Notes under the pieces: generated by a model
Databases searched by the model: none
What the model saw: only the letters and a program-made list of their open reading frames with translations
Told to the model about the DNA's origin: nothing
NCBI GenBank assembly: GCA_964016885.1
Contig: OZ024741.1
Location: 206,088,001 to 206,152,000, forward strand
Direction of reading: 5' to 3'
DNA from: Eledone cirrhosa
Taxonomy: Eukaryota
Length of the DNA: 64,000 nucleotides
Position numbers and translations under genes: made by a program
Shown here: positions 1 through 12,134 of the stretch, in pieces
Layout: each line of letters opens with the position of its first letter
Position numbering within the stretch: the first letter of the stretch is position 1

Positions 1-2482
1 CAAACATAGACTGAAACGACCCCAAACCAGACTGGCCGACTTGATCTGGGACCCCAAGGACAGGAATATTGAGCCCCAGATTTCGTGGTCAGTGAAAAGA
101 CGCGTGGCACAAATCCCCAGTGACATAAACCACGGCAGATTATGCCTGGCTGAGGCGGCGGAAATAATTAAATTAAAATCCGCCATAAACTATAGGTCGG
201 ACATAATTGTCAATTGCAGACACACCAGGCTGAACACCTTTTCCGCACAAACATTCGGGGGAGGGCCACGCACTAACCATGACCCACCATAATAATAACC
301 ACCTCTGCCCCGTATCACCATCGCCCTTCTCAACGAATTTATTAATTTTATTTTACTTTATCTTATTTTATTGTATTGCATGTAACCATCTGTAAGCCCG
401 TATTTTGTATATCATGCCGCATACATCACCCCCACCAAAAATCACACTAACCATGACCCAGTATAATAATAACCACCTCTGCCCCGTCTCAACATCGCCC
501 ATCTCAGCGAACTTATTTTATTGTACTGCATGTAACCATTTCTAAGCCCGTATTTTGTATATCATGCCGCATACATCACCCCCACCAAAAATAACATCAC
601 CATACACCCCTCATCCTTGCAACATTGTGTTCGATCGATCTCCTATGATAGGTTTTACCTTACAATCCACAGTAACACGGGATCTTGTAAATACAATGTC
701 GATCATATCACACCACACATCGTCATATGTCTACCATACACACCTGCAACCTTATCCCCCATGTCCCCTCTGTCCACCCTAGCCTACAACCCCACGCTAA
801 ATTCGACCCTGTAAATGTACTGTCGCACACACCACCACCGCCAACACTAGATACATCCACATACTTCAACAATCATTAACATCATTAACATCATCAACAC
901 ATATCATACCTCACTCCCAGATCGACTGTATTATACCCCCCCCCCGTCTGCCTTACCCTGTAACACACCGTAACTTCTGATCATGTAATCATCTTGTCGA
1001 ACATATCACCCCAGCCCCACCACCACCACCATGACCACAACACACATCGCCATACGTCCATAAATTCTTCTCCCCACGATCCCTATGTAACCTTTTAACC
1101 TGTAACCCATCGCAATATTCGATCCTGTATATTTTTGTCCCTCACAACTCCACCACCACCACCACAAGACACAACTCCATACTTCATCAACACCGCCAAC
1201 ACATACCTCCACTCCCGAACCAACGCAAGTGTGTGTGTCTGTGTGTAAGTATTTTTTACATATATGGGCGTATAAATATGCGTGCGTATACGCATATATA
1301 TATATATATGTGTGTGCACATATATGTGTGTGTATATATATGTCTACATATATGTATATAGGTGAATCTGTGTGTATGTGTATGTGTGCGCGTATATGTG
1401 CATGTATGTGTATGTGTGTGTGTGTGTGTGTATCTGTGTATGTGTGTGTATACGTGTGTGTATGTGTATGTTTTGTATACGTGTGTGTGCGTTTATGTGC
1501 CCATATCCGTATGTGTGTATGAGTGTATGTATGTGTATGTATATATGTATAACACCTTCTCCATTGCCTCTCACCTTCCCCCCATCTTTCTCCATCGCCA
1601 CCCCCACCGATACTCCCCCCACTCTCCATATTTGTGTCTGCATGCGCGCATGCACATACATGTGTGTATATATACATATGGCTGTATATGCACGTGTGTC
1701 GATATGTGTGGGCGAGGGTGTGCGTATGTGTTTTGTGTGTGTTTATACATCAATATATGTGCGCATATATACATATGTGTGTGTGTATACATATATACAA
1801 CGTATTTGTCAGACGAAGAGCGTCTAGCTATGTATCTCCGTAAGGACTTGACACCACCAACACATCCACCACACCACCACAAACGCCACTACCATAAACA
1901 ATAACACCACAACCACACCCCCACACACCAACCGGTCTACCGACAATCCACTAACCTCATACCACAGCCCATCCCAGTAAGCGACCATAACCACCATGAT
2001 ATCATCACATCCACCCCCCACACACTCTACAGGCCAAGGCCAACCCACCACCACCACACCACAGCCCATCTCATCCACCGACCGTCACCAACATCTCACC
2101 ATCACATCCACCCCCACATACACTACAGGCCAGTACATCCCCTTGATCCTTCCCACCAATCAAAACAACTCATTTTGTCAAACTCTTGAAACTCTGACTT
2201 TACCACATAGCATGTATTTCATTTTCTTATAGCATTTTAAGAAGGTCCGTCGAGCCGCCGATTATTGAGTCGGGTAGGATCGATACAGATCGAACCTTGA
2301 GCTGATCAGTGGCGAAACGCGCGTCACCTATCAATAAATGCAATGAAGGAGTAATCAATCGTCCTTGTTATCCTTTCAATATATTACACTCTGTATAGCT
2401 CTACACCTCATCACAGAAGTGAACCTAAACATCGAGTGCTCTCCCGGCTGAACCTGTAGTAACTCCTAGTTACACCCCCTGG
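1..2482 (+). mobile_element. 3' part of Penelope-like element (Nematis-type): GIY-YIG C-terminus plus long 3' pLTR ending at (TA)n
   Basis: 1-292 reads TRLADLIWDPKD..ISWSV..RLCLAE..INYRSDIIVNCRH, matching the endonuclease C-termini of the other PLEs in the window; HHR and AATAAA near 2243-2338; internal ~173-bp duplication at 271/444. Confidence 0.8.
2243..2329 (+). ncRNA. Type-I hammerhead-like ribozyme, variant core CCGUCGA, long stem II
   Basis: Stem I AGGT/ACCT; stem II GCCGCCGAT/ATCAGTGGC; GAAAC-GCGC-GTC; homolog at 52590-52674 (-) has core CCGACGA. Confidence 0.7.
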
Positions 2483-2577
2483 ATATATATATATAGGGAA
2501 TGTAACGTCCAGTTACTGTAGGTTCATCCAAGTGAGCACTCGATGCGTAGTTTCCAGACATTACAAATCGTCATTTT

Positions 2578-3118
2578 CGTTAACATCTGCACTGAACTTC
2601 ACGTTTTCTTTATTCTCTCTCTCTCCCTCTCTCTCTCACTATATAAATATATATATAGTGAGAGAGAGAGGGAGAGAGAGAGAGGGGGGGGGAGGGATAG
2701 AGATAGAGAGAGAGACCGAGAGAGAGAATAAGGAAAACGTGAAGTTCAGTGCAGATGTTAAAGAGTACTTTATTAACAAAGCTGTGATACAAATTTCTAT
2801 GACGATCGTGGCTACGTAATTGTTCAATCCTGTTACGCGATCTCATAACACAGCATCATTATGTTTTCATAAACGATGTCCGTTCCCTTGATGGAACGGA
2901 CACCGGCTTGGAAAACATCATTTTTGTCCGTTCCCTTGTTTTAGATCGGATTGCCTCGGAAATGTAACCTTACTACATAATGATGCTGTCTGATGAGATC
3001 ACACGACTGGTTAAACGATTGAACAATCACGTAACTACGATCGTCATTGAAGTATGTATCACAGCTTTGTTAATAAAGAACTCTTTAACAGCTACACCAA
3101 ACTTCGTATTTTCCTTAG
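2578..3118. mobile_element. ORF-less fold-back PLE-pLTR derivative (nested inverted repeats) with degenerate HHR at 2985-3065
   Basis: 2578-2762 folds back around a TA centre; 2728-2865 is inverted at 2975-3118; GCTGT-CTGATGA...GAAGTATGTATC-ACAGC then AATAAA; relative at 43006-43161. Confidence 0.6.
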
Positions 3119-3332
3119 TCTTCATATACTTTGTCACTGACTGACAAATCATATTTAGAAGAAAAACACATGACGTTGAGTGCTTGATTCGATTTGCATC
3201 ATTATGTACTGATTGATGCATTGCATACGCAACCCCGATTAGTCAGCATGTTTATCGTAAGTATATATATATATGTGTGTGTTTTACGTGCGTTTCGCAC
3301 CTATGGGTGATCTTGAGCCAATCTTCTGTGAA

Positions 3333-3523
3333 ACACGCGTAACAGGTCGATACACAAAAACATCTTATACATGTAAACGAAACTTTCTTCTTTTTCTAAT
3401 ATATTTCTGATATATACACTCTGCCTGTGCACAGAGTCTATATATTAGAAATATATTAGAAAAAGCAAGAAAGTTTCGTTTACATGTATAAGATGTTTTT
3501 GTGTATCGACCTGTTACGCGTGT
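3333..3523. repeat. Near-perfect long inverted repeat (~92-bp arms, ~8-nt loop)
   Basis: acacgcgtaacaggtcgatacac... is reverse-complemented by ...gtgtatcgacctgttacgcgtgt. Confidence 0.9.
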
Positions 3524-3582
3524 GTATATATATATATATATATATATTTATATACACACATACATATATATATATATATATG

Positions 3583-3937
3583 TAGAGGTTATATTTAATT
3601 TGTTGGGATACAACAAGCAAAATATTTTTATAACTGATATAAAGCACTCAACAAATTATTGGAGTAAATATACAATATATTAACAAATGGAAACTATATT
3701 TATAAAACCATATTTATTTCATTATACATATTTCAAGGGCCACCAAGGTAAACTATGGTGCGCTTTCATTAGATTCCAACCAGAATGGTTGCATTTTTTA
3801 AGGGTATGTCAATATTTATTTATAAAACTAACCTATATTATATTTTATCTAATGAAAGCGCACCATAGTTTACCTTGGTGGCCCTTGAAATATGTATAAT
3901 GAAATAAATATGGTTTTATAAATATAGTTTACATTTG

Positions 3938-3942
<5 letters not shown>
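3583..3942 (+). mobile_element. ORF-less PLE-pLTR mini-element with inverted copy; HHR at 3842-3905 (core mutated to CTAATGA)
   Basis: 3679-3772 is the reverse complement of 3847-3942; stem I ATTTTAT/ATGAAAT; homolog 52760-52917 has intact CTGATGA; (TA)n on both sides. Confidence 0.7.
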
Positions 3943-3982
<40 letters not shown>

Positions 3983-3984
<2 letters not shown>

Positions 3985-4964
3985 CAGTCTCCTCGTTCAT
4001 CTCTTTACTAGAAGTCAGATATATTTTTTATGTGGGCTGACAGTAATTGATTAAGGAACTGCAGAAACCCCAAAAGCTAGAATTTAACATCTTTCTAGCG
4101 GGTCCGGGTGAGTTTTTACATTCATTTAATTTATTAATTTATTAATTTATTATTTGAGTGACCCGAATTTTCCTGGTCGTTTTTTTCGGCTGTGCGAATG
4201 ATTTTAGGTATCGTCTCTATGTGTTGGTACTTTAACGATAGTTATAGCTCTGGTTCATCCAAACTATTGAGCCCTCTGCCACACATGTCGAAGATTGTTT
4301 ATCGTTATTTCGTGGGCCGAGATTCTGATTCTCGATTATTTACTTGTATTAATCTCCAGGCTTTAGCTATTGACCAGTTAATTTTATTGATTTTTTAGCT
4401 GATCTTATTGACTGATGAATAGCTCTTGTTTATTTTAACACGTCTGTTGAGAACTCTTATTCGATATGTGATTTTTTGTATTCTTACAAAATTTACACTT
4501 ACTGAATTCTTTCGCCAAATATAGGAGTTCCCTCCCTTGCTGGACTACACGCGTGTTCAGTAACGGGTCCCCCTGTATTTTTGAACGAAACATCCGCTGA
4601 GAAAGCAGTCTCCTCGTTCATCTCTTTACTAGAAGTCAGATATATTTTTTTATGTGGGCTGACAGTAATTGATTAAGGAACTGCAGAAACCCAAAAAGCT
4701 AGAATTTAACATCCTTCTAGCGGGTCCGGGTGAGTTTTTACATTCATTTAATTTATTAATTTATTAATTTATTATTTGAGTGACCCGAATTTTCCTGGTC
4801 GTTTTTTTCGGCTGTGCGAATGATTTTAGGTATCGTCTCTATGTGTTGGTACTTTAACGATAGTTATAGCTCTGGTTCATCCAAACTATTGAACCCTCTG
4901 CCACACATGTCGAAGATTGTTTATCGTTATTTCGTGGGCCGAGATTCTGATTCTCGATTATTTA

Positions 4965-4967
<3 letters not shown>
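3983..4967 (+). repeat. Partial tandem repeat, ~622-bp unit (about 1.6 copies), between (TA)n tracts; probable non-autonomous PLE/retrozyme-type element
   Basis: 3983-4345 recurs at 4604-4967 nearly identically; CTGATGA at 4412. Confidence 0.85.
4502..4825 (+). ncRNA. Candidate structured RNA domain (copy A)
   Basis: Colinear conserved blocks and compensatory stems versus 13019-13341. Confidence 0.6.
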
Positions 4968-5031
<64 letters not shown>

Positions 5032-5085
5032 TATGTGTGTGTATAAATATATATATATACATATATATAGACACACACACGCACG

Positions 5086-5130
<45 letters not shown>

Positions 5131-5131
5131 G

Positions 5132-5209
<78 letters not shown>

Positions 5210-5238
5210 TATATATACACACACACATATATATATAT
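4968..5238. repeat. Compound (TA)n/(CA)n microsatellite
   Basis: Direct reading. Confidence 0.95.
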
Positions 5239-5749
5239 GTAAGAGTTTCATTATGTACTATAGGGGGTGGATAAACTTCATTATCTTCTCAACTTGAAGA
5301 ATACAACTTCCTTCAGGCAAGGCTGGTTATGGTTATAATATGAAAACAGGAAATAGATGATATAGCGATTACAATAAAAGTTGACTCAATTTTGTTTGGA
5401 AATTGTTTAGACACTGTTGCAGGGGCCGTGTCTTCATTCCAAGTGGTGAAATTAATGAACATGTTTTGGTCTTTTTGCATCTCGTCAGCGAAGAACATTC
5501 ACTTAGAAGTTGACATTGATTATTATATGGGGAGATGGATGTTTTTGTATATGTCCGGTGTATATATATAGGGTTGAATATATACACACCTGATTTAAAC
5601 AGAATGAAACATTTTTCAATAAATACATTTTGTAAAATATATGTATTTGCATTCAGTTAGACAGTCACATCGTCTCTACTGAATATCTTCAGGACATTCC
5701 TGATGATTGCCTTTGAAATTCCAGAAGGGAGAAAATCGTAACAATTGAC

Positions 5750-7148
5750 AACTGGAACGTTACAACCCTTACAGGCAAAAAGCAGGGGCTAGTGGAGGAG
5801 GCCAGATGCTACTGATATAATCGTGGGTTTCTCATCAAAGTTCTGTGATTTGGATGGAGTATAGAAATACCACTATTCAGTTTCAGCGCTAGAAAAGATT
5901 GTACAGGCGGGAGTGAGGATACTCACAAGACCTCGGTTGAACGGGATCCAATTAGGCAGGAGGATTTGCTTAGGTTGAAAGAAAGGTATCTGTGGGTGGT
6001 GAAAGTTGTGCACCAAATAGAGAGTTTTAATACAGATCCTTCCTTGATGAAGTCATTGCAGTATTATATGTAGTTAAGACTGAGTTACATATCCCAACGG
6101 GAGACTTCAATGTACATGTTGGCATTGACCACCTGACATGGAAAGGAGTGATTAGAAGGAACGGTTATCCCAATCTAAATACAAATGGAGAGAGCTTATA
6201 ACTTCTGTTCTAATAATGGGCCCTCTATTATGAACACATTCTTCCAGCATAAAGACATCCACAAATATACACGATATAAGGGGAATCGGGGATAGAGATC
6301 AGTAATTGATTTTTATACTGTCTCTGATCTCTTCGATTCTGGGCTGGATGTTCATGTTAAGAGAAGAGCTGAGCTGTCAACGAGAGCAGGAATGGAAATC
6401 AGTGCAGGGAAGACTGAGACACTCCTCTTCTCAAGAAAGCCTCTACAGTGCACTCTACATGTGAATAGAGTTCCACTGAAGCAGGTAAAGAAGTTGAAGT
6501 ATCTCGAGGATGTTTTTACAATTGATGGTAGGCAGGAGGCTAAATTAAGTGCAAGAATTGCAGGAACTGGTGCAATAATATGCCAACTTCAGCATTTGGT
6601 TATCAGAAGATGGGAGGTATGTGTAAAAGCCGAACTCGCTATCTTCAATTCAGTATTCGTGCCAACCTTTTCCTATGGTCATAAATCTTTGGCAATGACC
6701 AAAATAATGTGTTCGCGAATACAAGCAGCCGAAATGTGGTTCCTCCGAAGGGTAGTTGGAGTATTGTTATTCAATAGAGTGTGTAGTTTGGAGACCAGGG
6801 AGTCACTCCAGGAAGAGCAACTGCTTCTCCAAATTGTGATATCACAGTTCCGATACTACGGACATGTGGTCAGAACACCTAATGAAAGAATCGCTAGACA
6901 ACCGACAGAAGACCCAGGCGTAGATACTTGGACAAGATGGCAAGATAACATCCATGAACTGAGCATGGTCTCGATTGGGGTTCCAGTCGTATACTCTAGG
7001 GACAGTTGCTCCTGACAGGAACGGGTGGAAGGCGCGCTTGAAGGTCGTGCTCCATGACCTTCCCAGGAAGAAGAAGAAGAAGAAGAAGAAGAAGAAGAAG
7101 AAGAAGAAGAAGAAGAAGAAGAAGAAGAAGAAGAAGAAGAAGAAGAAA
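5750..7148 (+). mobile_element. Decayed, internally deleted RTE-clade LINE with (GAA)n tail
   Basis: APE motifs (GDFNVHVG, NTFFQHK) at 6100-6380 joined to RT C-terminus (IQAAEMWFLRR, RYYGHVVR) in ORF 6392-7015; (GAA)n at 7067-7148. Confidence 0.8.
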
Positions 7149-7770
7149 TATATGCGTATGCATACTATCTAGCACCAGGTAAATGATCAAATATATTTCA
7201 GACGTCACCATCCTGTCCTTCAGGGATATCTATAATTACATTTTATAAGGCAGTAGAATTTGATTCTAAGAAAATTTAACTGATACTTGTAGTTTCCTTG
7301 CTGGTTCGCCAAACACACTTGAATATTATAATGCCCATATCAACTTTCTTGTTGTGGCGTTCTGAGGGGACCAGTATTGAATAAATATTTTAGTATTGTT
7401 CATAGAAGAGGCTTATTTCTCCCAGAAGTTGTTTATGGCATGGAATAGAAAGCCATATCTCCCAAACGTTATCAGCAGTAAAGACCACTGAATCATACGT
7501 TAATGAATATTATAAATCCTTATTGAGAAACGTGCGTAACATTGATAAAAGTGTTAATATTTGATGGAACCAAAGATATGTGTGTTATATTTCTGGCACT
7601 AACTCTTTTAATCTCCTTGGCGTGTATTAAATCCGGTAATATCTTAGTTCTCATCATTGAATATCATTTTATGATCTTCTTATCCTGCCAACACATCTGT
7701 TCTCGCCAGTTAAAACATTTAATACTATAATTTATAAGATGAAGTATGATGCTCAGAAGCAGAAAATAAC

Positions 7771-10297
7771 TTAGCTCTTAGCTCTCAGTCCGGATTGTTC
7801 CGTCGTGAACATAAGTCAATCAATCGTCTTCAACGCTGTCGGTCGGCAGCAGGTCATTGACATCAGTGCCAGGTGATATTGAGTTTGTAGGTCGCTTTGG
7901 AATGACCACCGACAGGTCATCTTCAGTCGGCCTCTTTTCCGCTTGCTTTAGGGTAGAGTCCATGTCATCACCGTTTTGGACGGGCGATATTCAGTGAGGC
8001 ACAGAATGTGACCCGCAAAACGGAACCAACACTCTGTGACGATCTTGTGCAGTGTACGTGACCTTGCTTCCGCAGGACCTTTTCGTTCCTAACGCGATCT
8101 CGCCAGGCGACCTTTAGAATCTTACGCAGACTCCTTTGATGGAAAGTGTTTAGACGCCTATCTGTTTTGGTAGTGTGTTTCTACACTTCTCAGGAATAGA
8201 TAGCCATGGGAAGTACAATGCTGGTGTACAGGCACAGCTTGATGTACGTACTAATGACTGTGTTTGACCAAATCGAGTGCATCCGTTGGAATACTACGAT
8301 CGCCTTACCAATCCTTCAGTTGATGCTCAGCTCGATGTCACAGTTGCTCAGGATGTTGCCAAGGTACTTGAAGTGGTCTATCAGGTCCAGCTCACGTTGG
8401 CTCACCTTATCTGCCTGGCCTGGGTCACTTCCCACCTTCGTAACCTTGGTCTTTTCGGTGTTGACTCGTAACCCGATCGTCTCACCATTCAGCTGCAGGG
8501 AGGTTGTTAGGTCCTGCAGGTTTGTACTGTCCTCAGATAGCAAGGCGATGTCGTCCGCAAATTCCAGGTCTTTCAGCCAGGATATCCCTGCCCACAAGAT
8601 CCCCCGACCTGCTCCGTCGGCAGTTCTTTTCATCACGAAATCAACTGCCAGCAGGAACAACAGGAGAAAAGATGCAGTCTTGTCTGAGCCCGGATTCGGT
8701 TTATTATGCAACAGCTAGAGTTGGAGTACAGGTCTTTGAAGATGGTGATGAACCTCTGTGGAATACCACACAAGCATGCAATGTTCCACAGCACTTCCCT
8801 GTGCTCTCTGGAAAATGCTTTTTAAAAGTCAATGAAGTTGACTGCCAGCGGCTTTTGAAGCTCGATGCATTTCTCAATGGTGTTGTGCAATAAAAAGATA
8901 TGTTTAGCACATGAGTGGTTGCTTCGGAAACCTGCTTGTTCTCTGAGCATAGTGGCTACATCGTGTCGGCGCCGTCGTAGCAACACTGTGCTGAACACTT
9001 TGCCGAGACCGACAGCAATGTAAATCCACGCCAGTTAATACAATCTGTTAGATTCCCCTCCTTCAACAATTTAACGATGACTCCCTGTTGCCATCCGAGA
9101 GGCACTTGTCCGTCTTACCAGTAGCGGTTTATATGTCTGGTCAGTGTTGTGATAGCATTGTCATCATCAAACTTCAGCATCTCTGCTGAGGTCTCGTCGA
9201 GTCCTACGGCCTTGTTGTTCTTGTTCGCATCTCTTGTTTCCTGTTCGGTAATTTGGTCTTCACAGACTTGGAGTGTTGCATCAGTTGCCGCTGGCTCTGA
9301 GTTAAAGGCAAATAGGGCACTTGGAAACGGTTGGTTTACTGTCTCCCCTCTCTGGTCTTGTTCGTCTGCTGTCACCAGGGTCTTGCCACTTTTGTCTTTT
9401 ATTGGCATAGATGGATTGCTCCTTGTCCCAGTCATCACTTACATGATGCGGTAAAGGTTTCTTGTGTCGTTTCGACTGGCTGTTTTTTCTGCTTCTTCTT
9501 TTTTCTTTTCCAGCGAGGATCGTCTGTCCAGTCGGCAGCTTTTCTTCACCTGTCGGTTGAGATGGCTGTATGCAGGATCCGTTTCTTCTTTTCTTCCTCT
9601 GTTTTGGCAGTGTCCCTTTCTCTTTTTGCCTTTGTCCACTCATCAATCAGTTCCAAGTAGGTTCACAAAACCACTGCTCTCTCCTCATTCTGCGCCTTCT
9701 CACAGCCCCCTGCACTGCTTCAGTCACGGCAGCTGTAAATAGCGCTCACTGTTCTCCTAGGTCCGCTGTCTCACCCAGCTGCTGACATCGGTTCTTTAAG
9801 CTTCTCTACCGCGTACGGCCTCGGCCTTTCTCGCTGTATCCGTTTCTTCAGGCGCACCTGTAGATTGGCTTGCAGCAGATGGTGGTCCGAGCCAACGCCT
9901 GCACCCGTATACACTCTGACATTGTGTACTGAGGATCTCCAGCGCTAACTAACGCATATATAGTCGATCTCGTTTTTGGTGACATTATCCATAGACTGTC
10001 ACGTGGCCTTATGTATGGCTTTGCGCTTAAAGTAGGAGTTGCCGACGCTTAGGCTGTTCCCAGCGCAGAACAGCAGCCACCGTTCGCCAGTGTCTGTGGT
10101 CCTCCTAGCGGAACCAAATTATCCAATGACCTGTTCCAGTTCCTCCATGCTGCCCTTCAACTGGACATTGAAGCTACAGATGCGAAGTTTGATGTAGTAG
10201 CTGGACAATTCATAGCAGCTGATGTAGAAGTCATCCTTTGTAGCGGCATCACTGTTCTCTGCCAGAGCAAAGACCTGTACCATGGTGGTCCTCGAGC
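7771..10297 (-). mobile_element. Decayed RTE-clade LINE (APE + RT)
   Basis: Minus-strand DLEFADDIALL, LRVNTEKTKV, FKYLG, KAVGLDETSAEMLK, GSDHHLL; many frameshifts; short GAGCTAA tail repeat. Confidence 0.88.
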
Positions 10298-10669
10298 TTC
10301 ACCCACGACGTTTACTATTTTTGTATTTTAACTTGCACGGGAAATAAAAATAACAACGGAAGGCCTTGTTTGTTTGTTTGGTTGTTTGTTTCTTTGATAA
10401 TATGTGGCTAAAAATATAAAACTATAATAGTATACATTTCATGTCACTTTGTTAATGATGAAAAGAACAACCAAAGCAAATCCAAAGCAAAGAACAACAA
10501 AGGCGCAAACCAAATCAAGTCACGATGTTGTAAGATTTACAGTAGCTTCCGAGATTTACAGCTGTAACTCGTAATATTAAAAAGAAACAGAGAACGAAGA
10601 CTTATTTTATCTTTCAGAGAAAAGCAAGCAGAATTTCCGTGACTGTCTTATTTTCCTTTCTTTACTTGA

Positions 10670-10860
10670 ACTAGCAGAAAAACCACCCTTCGGGTGGTTT
10701 TCTGCTAGCATGTGTAGTGCGCATATTGATATTATATGCAAAATACATGAATGTAGATATGATACATCAAATAAAATTGTAATTGACAATATGCACAGAA
10801 ATTGAAGAGAGATTGTGTTACATCCTCTTCTGTAATCATTAAAGTAAGCCGTGATACATT
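10670..10860 (-). mobile_element. 3' end of non-autonomous Helitron-like element with terminal hairpin
   Basis: CTAGCAGAAAAACCACCC-TTC-GGGTGGTTTTCTGCTAG at 10671-10708; homologous to 49176-49371 and 43819-43855. Confidence 0.6.
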
Positions 10861-12134
10861 TCCCCTATAAATACCCCTATACATAGCTTAGTATTGCATA
10901 GACTTGCGTACACTTAACGTAATTCCGAAATCGAATACAGTTTGCGACAAAGCTGAATATTTAATTAGATACAATCCGCCCGACAAACCACGATACAGAT
11001 TCCGTCTACGGAATTTCACTCCCAAGGCATGATTCGAACTCAGAAATTTATGATTGCGAAGCAAATTTGTTAGTCACACAGTCGTAGGTATATCCACAAA
11101 GCGATATTAACAACTTAAATATCAAAAATAAATCTAATAGTAGATGTAACTTTACTCATCATGAAAAACTGTTGCGAGCCGAGATTTACAATAGCTTCAG
11201 TAATTTTTAACCTAAAACTCTAACACTTATTACTCCTTAAATCAAAAGTGTAATTTTTTACAACTGTGAAATAACTTTCATTCCGTAAGCCTTTAGCATT
11301 TACATTACTCTTTATATACTATTGTATTTTCACTGTAGAGGCTTTACCTCACATAATTATCTCACATAATATTGAATCTATGAGATTTTGATATTATTTA
11401 TTTTGGGAAGAATACCTTAACATAAGTATGAGTGGCCAGTTACGACCGGTTTGAACAGAAAGGGTTAAATGATGAAGCTAACATTAGAGCTAATATTTGG
11501 ACATTAAACGTATTAGAAATAACAGGCACATTTCCTCAAATTCTATCGTATCTGTTTTAAAATGGATGTTACCTATAATATAGGCTGCGGTACAATAAAG
11601 TACACGGTACTCCAAAATAGACAAAGAAGACGTTTGATTATAGCTCTGATAAATCATGACCAATATGAGATTAAACAATAGTAGCAATAAAAACAACAAA
11701 AACTACACCATAACAAAAACAACAAAAAATATAATTCTTCTTACATGGAAAAAAAGTTTCATCTTAATTTCGAACAACGAACATTATATATTTAAACTGC
11801 AGTTAAATTCATTGTGATAACTAAATGCATTTGGGTGAGAAGCCGAACACACTTTCATAGAGGCTGACATTACTTAATTAAATTTGAAAATAAACAAGCT
11901 AGCTAAAAAAAGAAATTCTATTTCAACTCTTCCTTGTTATCACCGAAATAAACTTGATGTCTAGTGTAGTTTTAGTCAAGCAAACATTAATTTGATTTAA
12001 TGTGATAAAACTACGGATTTATTTACCAAAGGATATTTAAAAGAAAGTTGGAAAATATATAGCAAAAGTGACAGAATGAGCAGAAGAAACAGAGTTTGTT
12101 GTGTGAGAAGGAGTATGAAGTGAAAACACAGGGT

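Noticed and set aside
1006-1904. Long YI/HT/CV-repeat ORFs here and at 14.1-22.7k, 30.3k, 34.4k, 42.6k, 51.4k and 60.6k
   Set aside because: Translations of (TA)n/(CA)n microsatellites, which lack stop codons
4727-4829. Possible intron GG/GTGAGT...TTTTAG in the structured domain (GG/GTAAAT...ATTAG in copy B)
   Set aside because: PLE pLTRs can carry introns, but there is no spliced copy or good pyrimidine tract; not supportable here
5369-5589. Minus-strand acceptor and ORF (VYIFNPIYIH...) as the GPCR TM7 exon
   Set aside because: No hydrophobic helix or true NPxxY, and the phase does not match the phase-2 end of the TM6 exon
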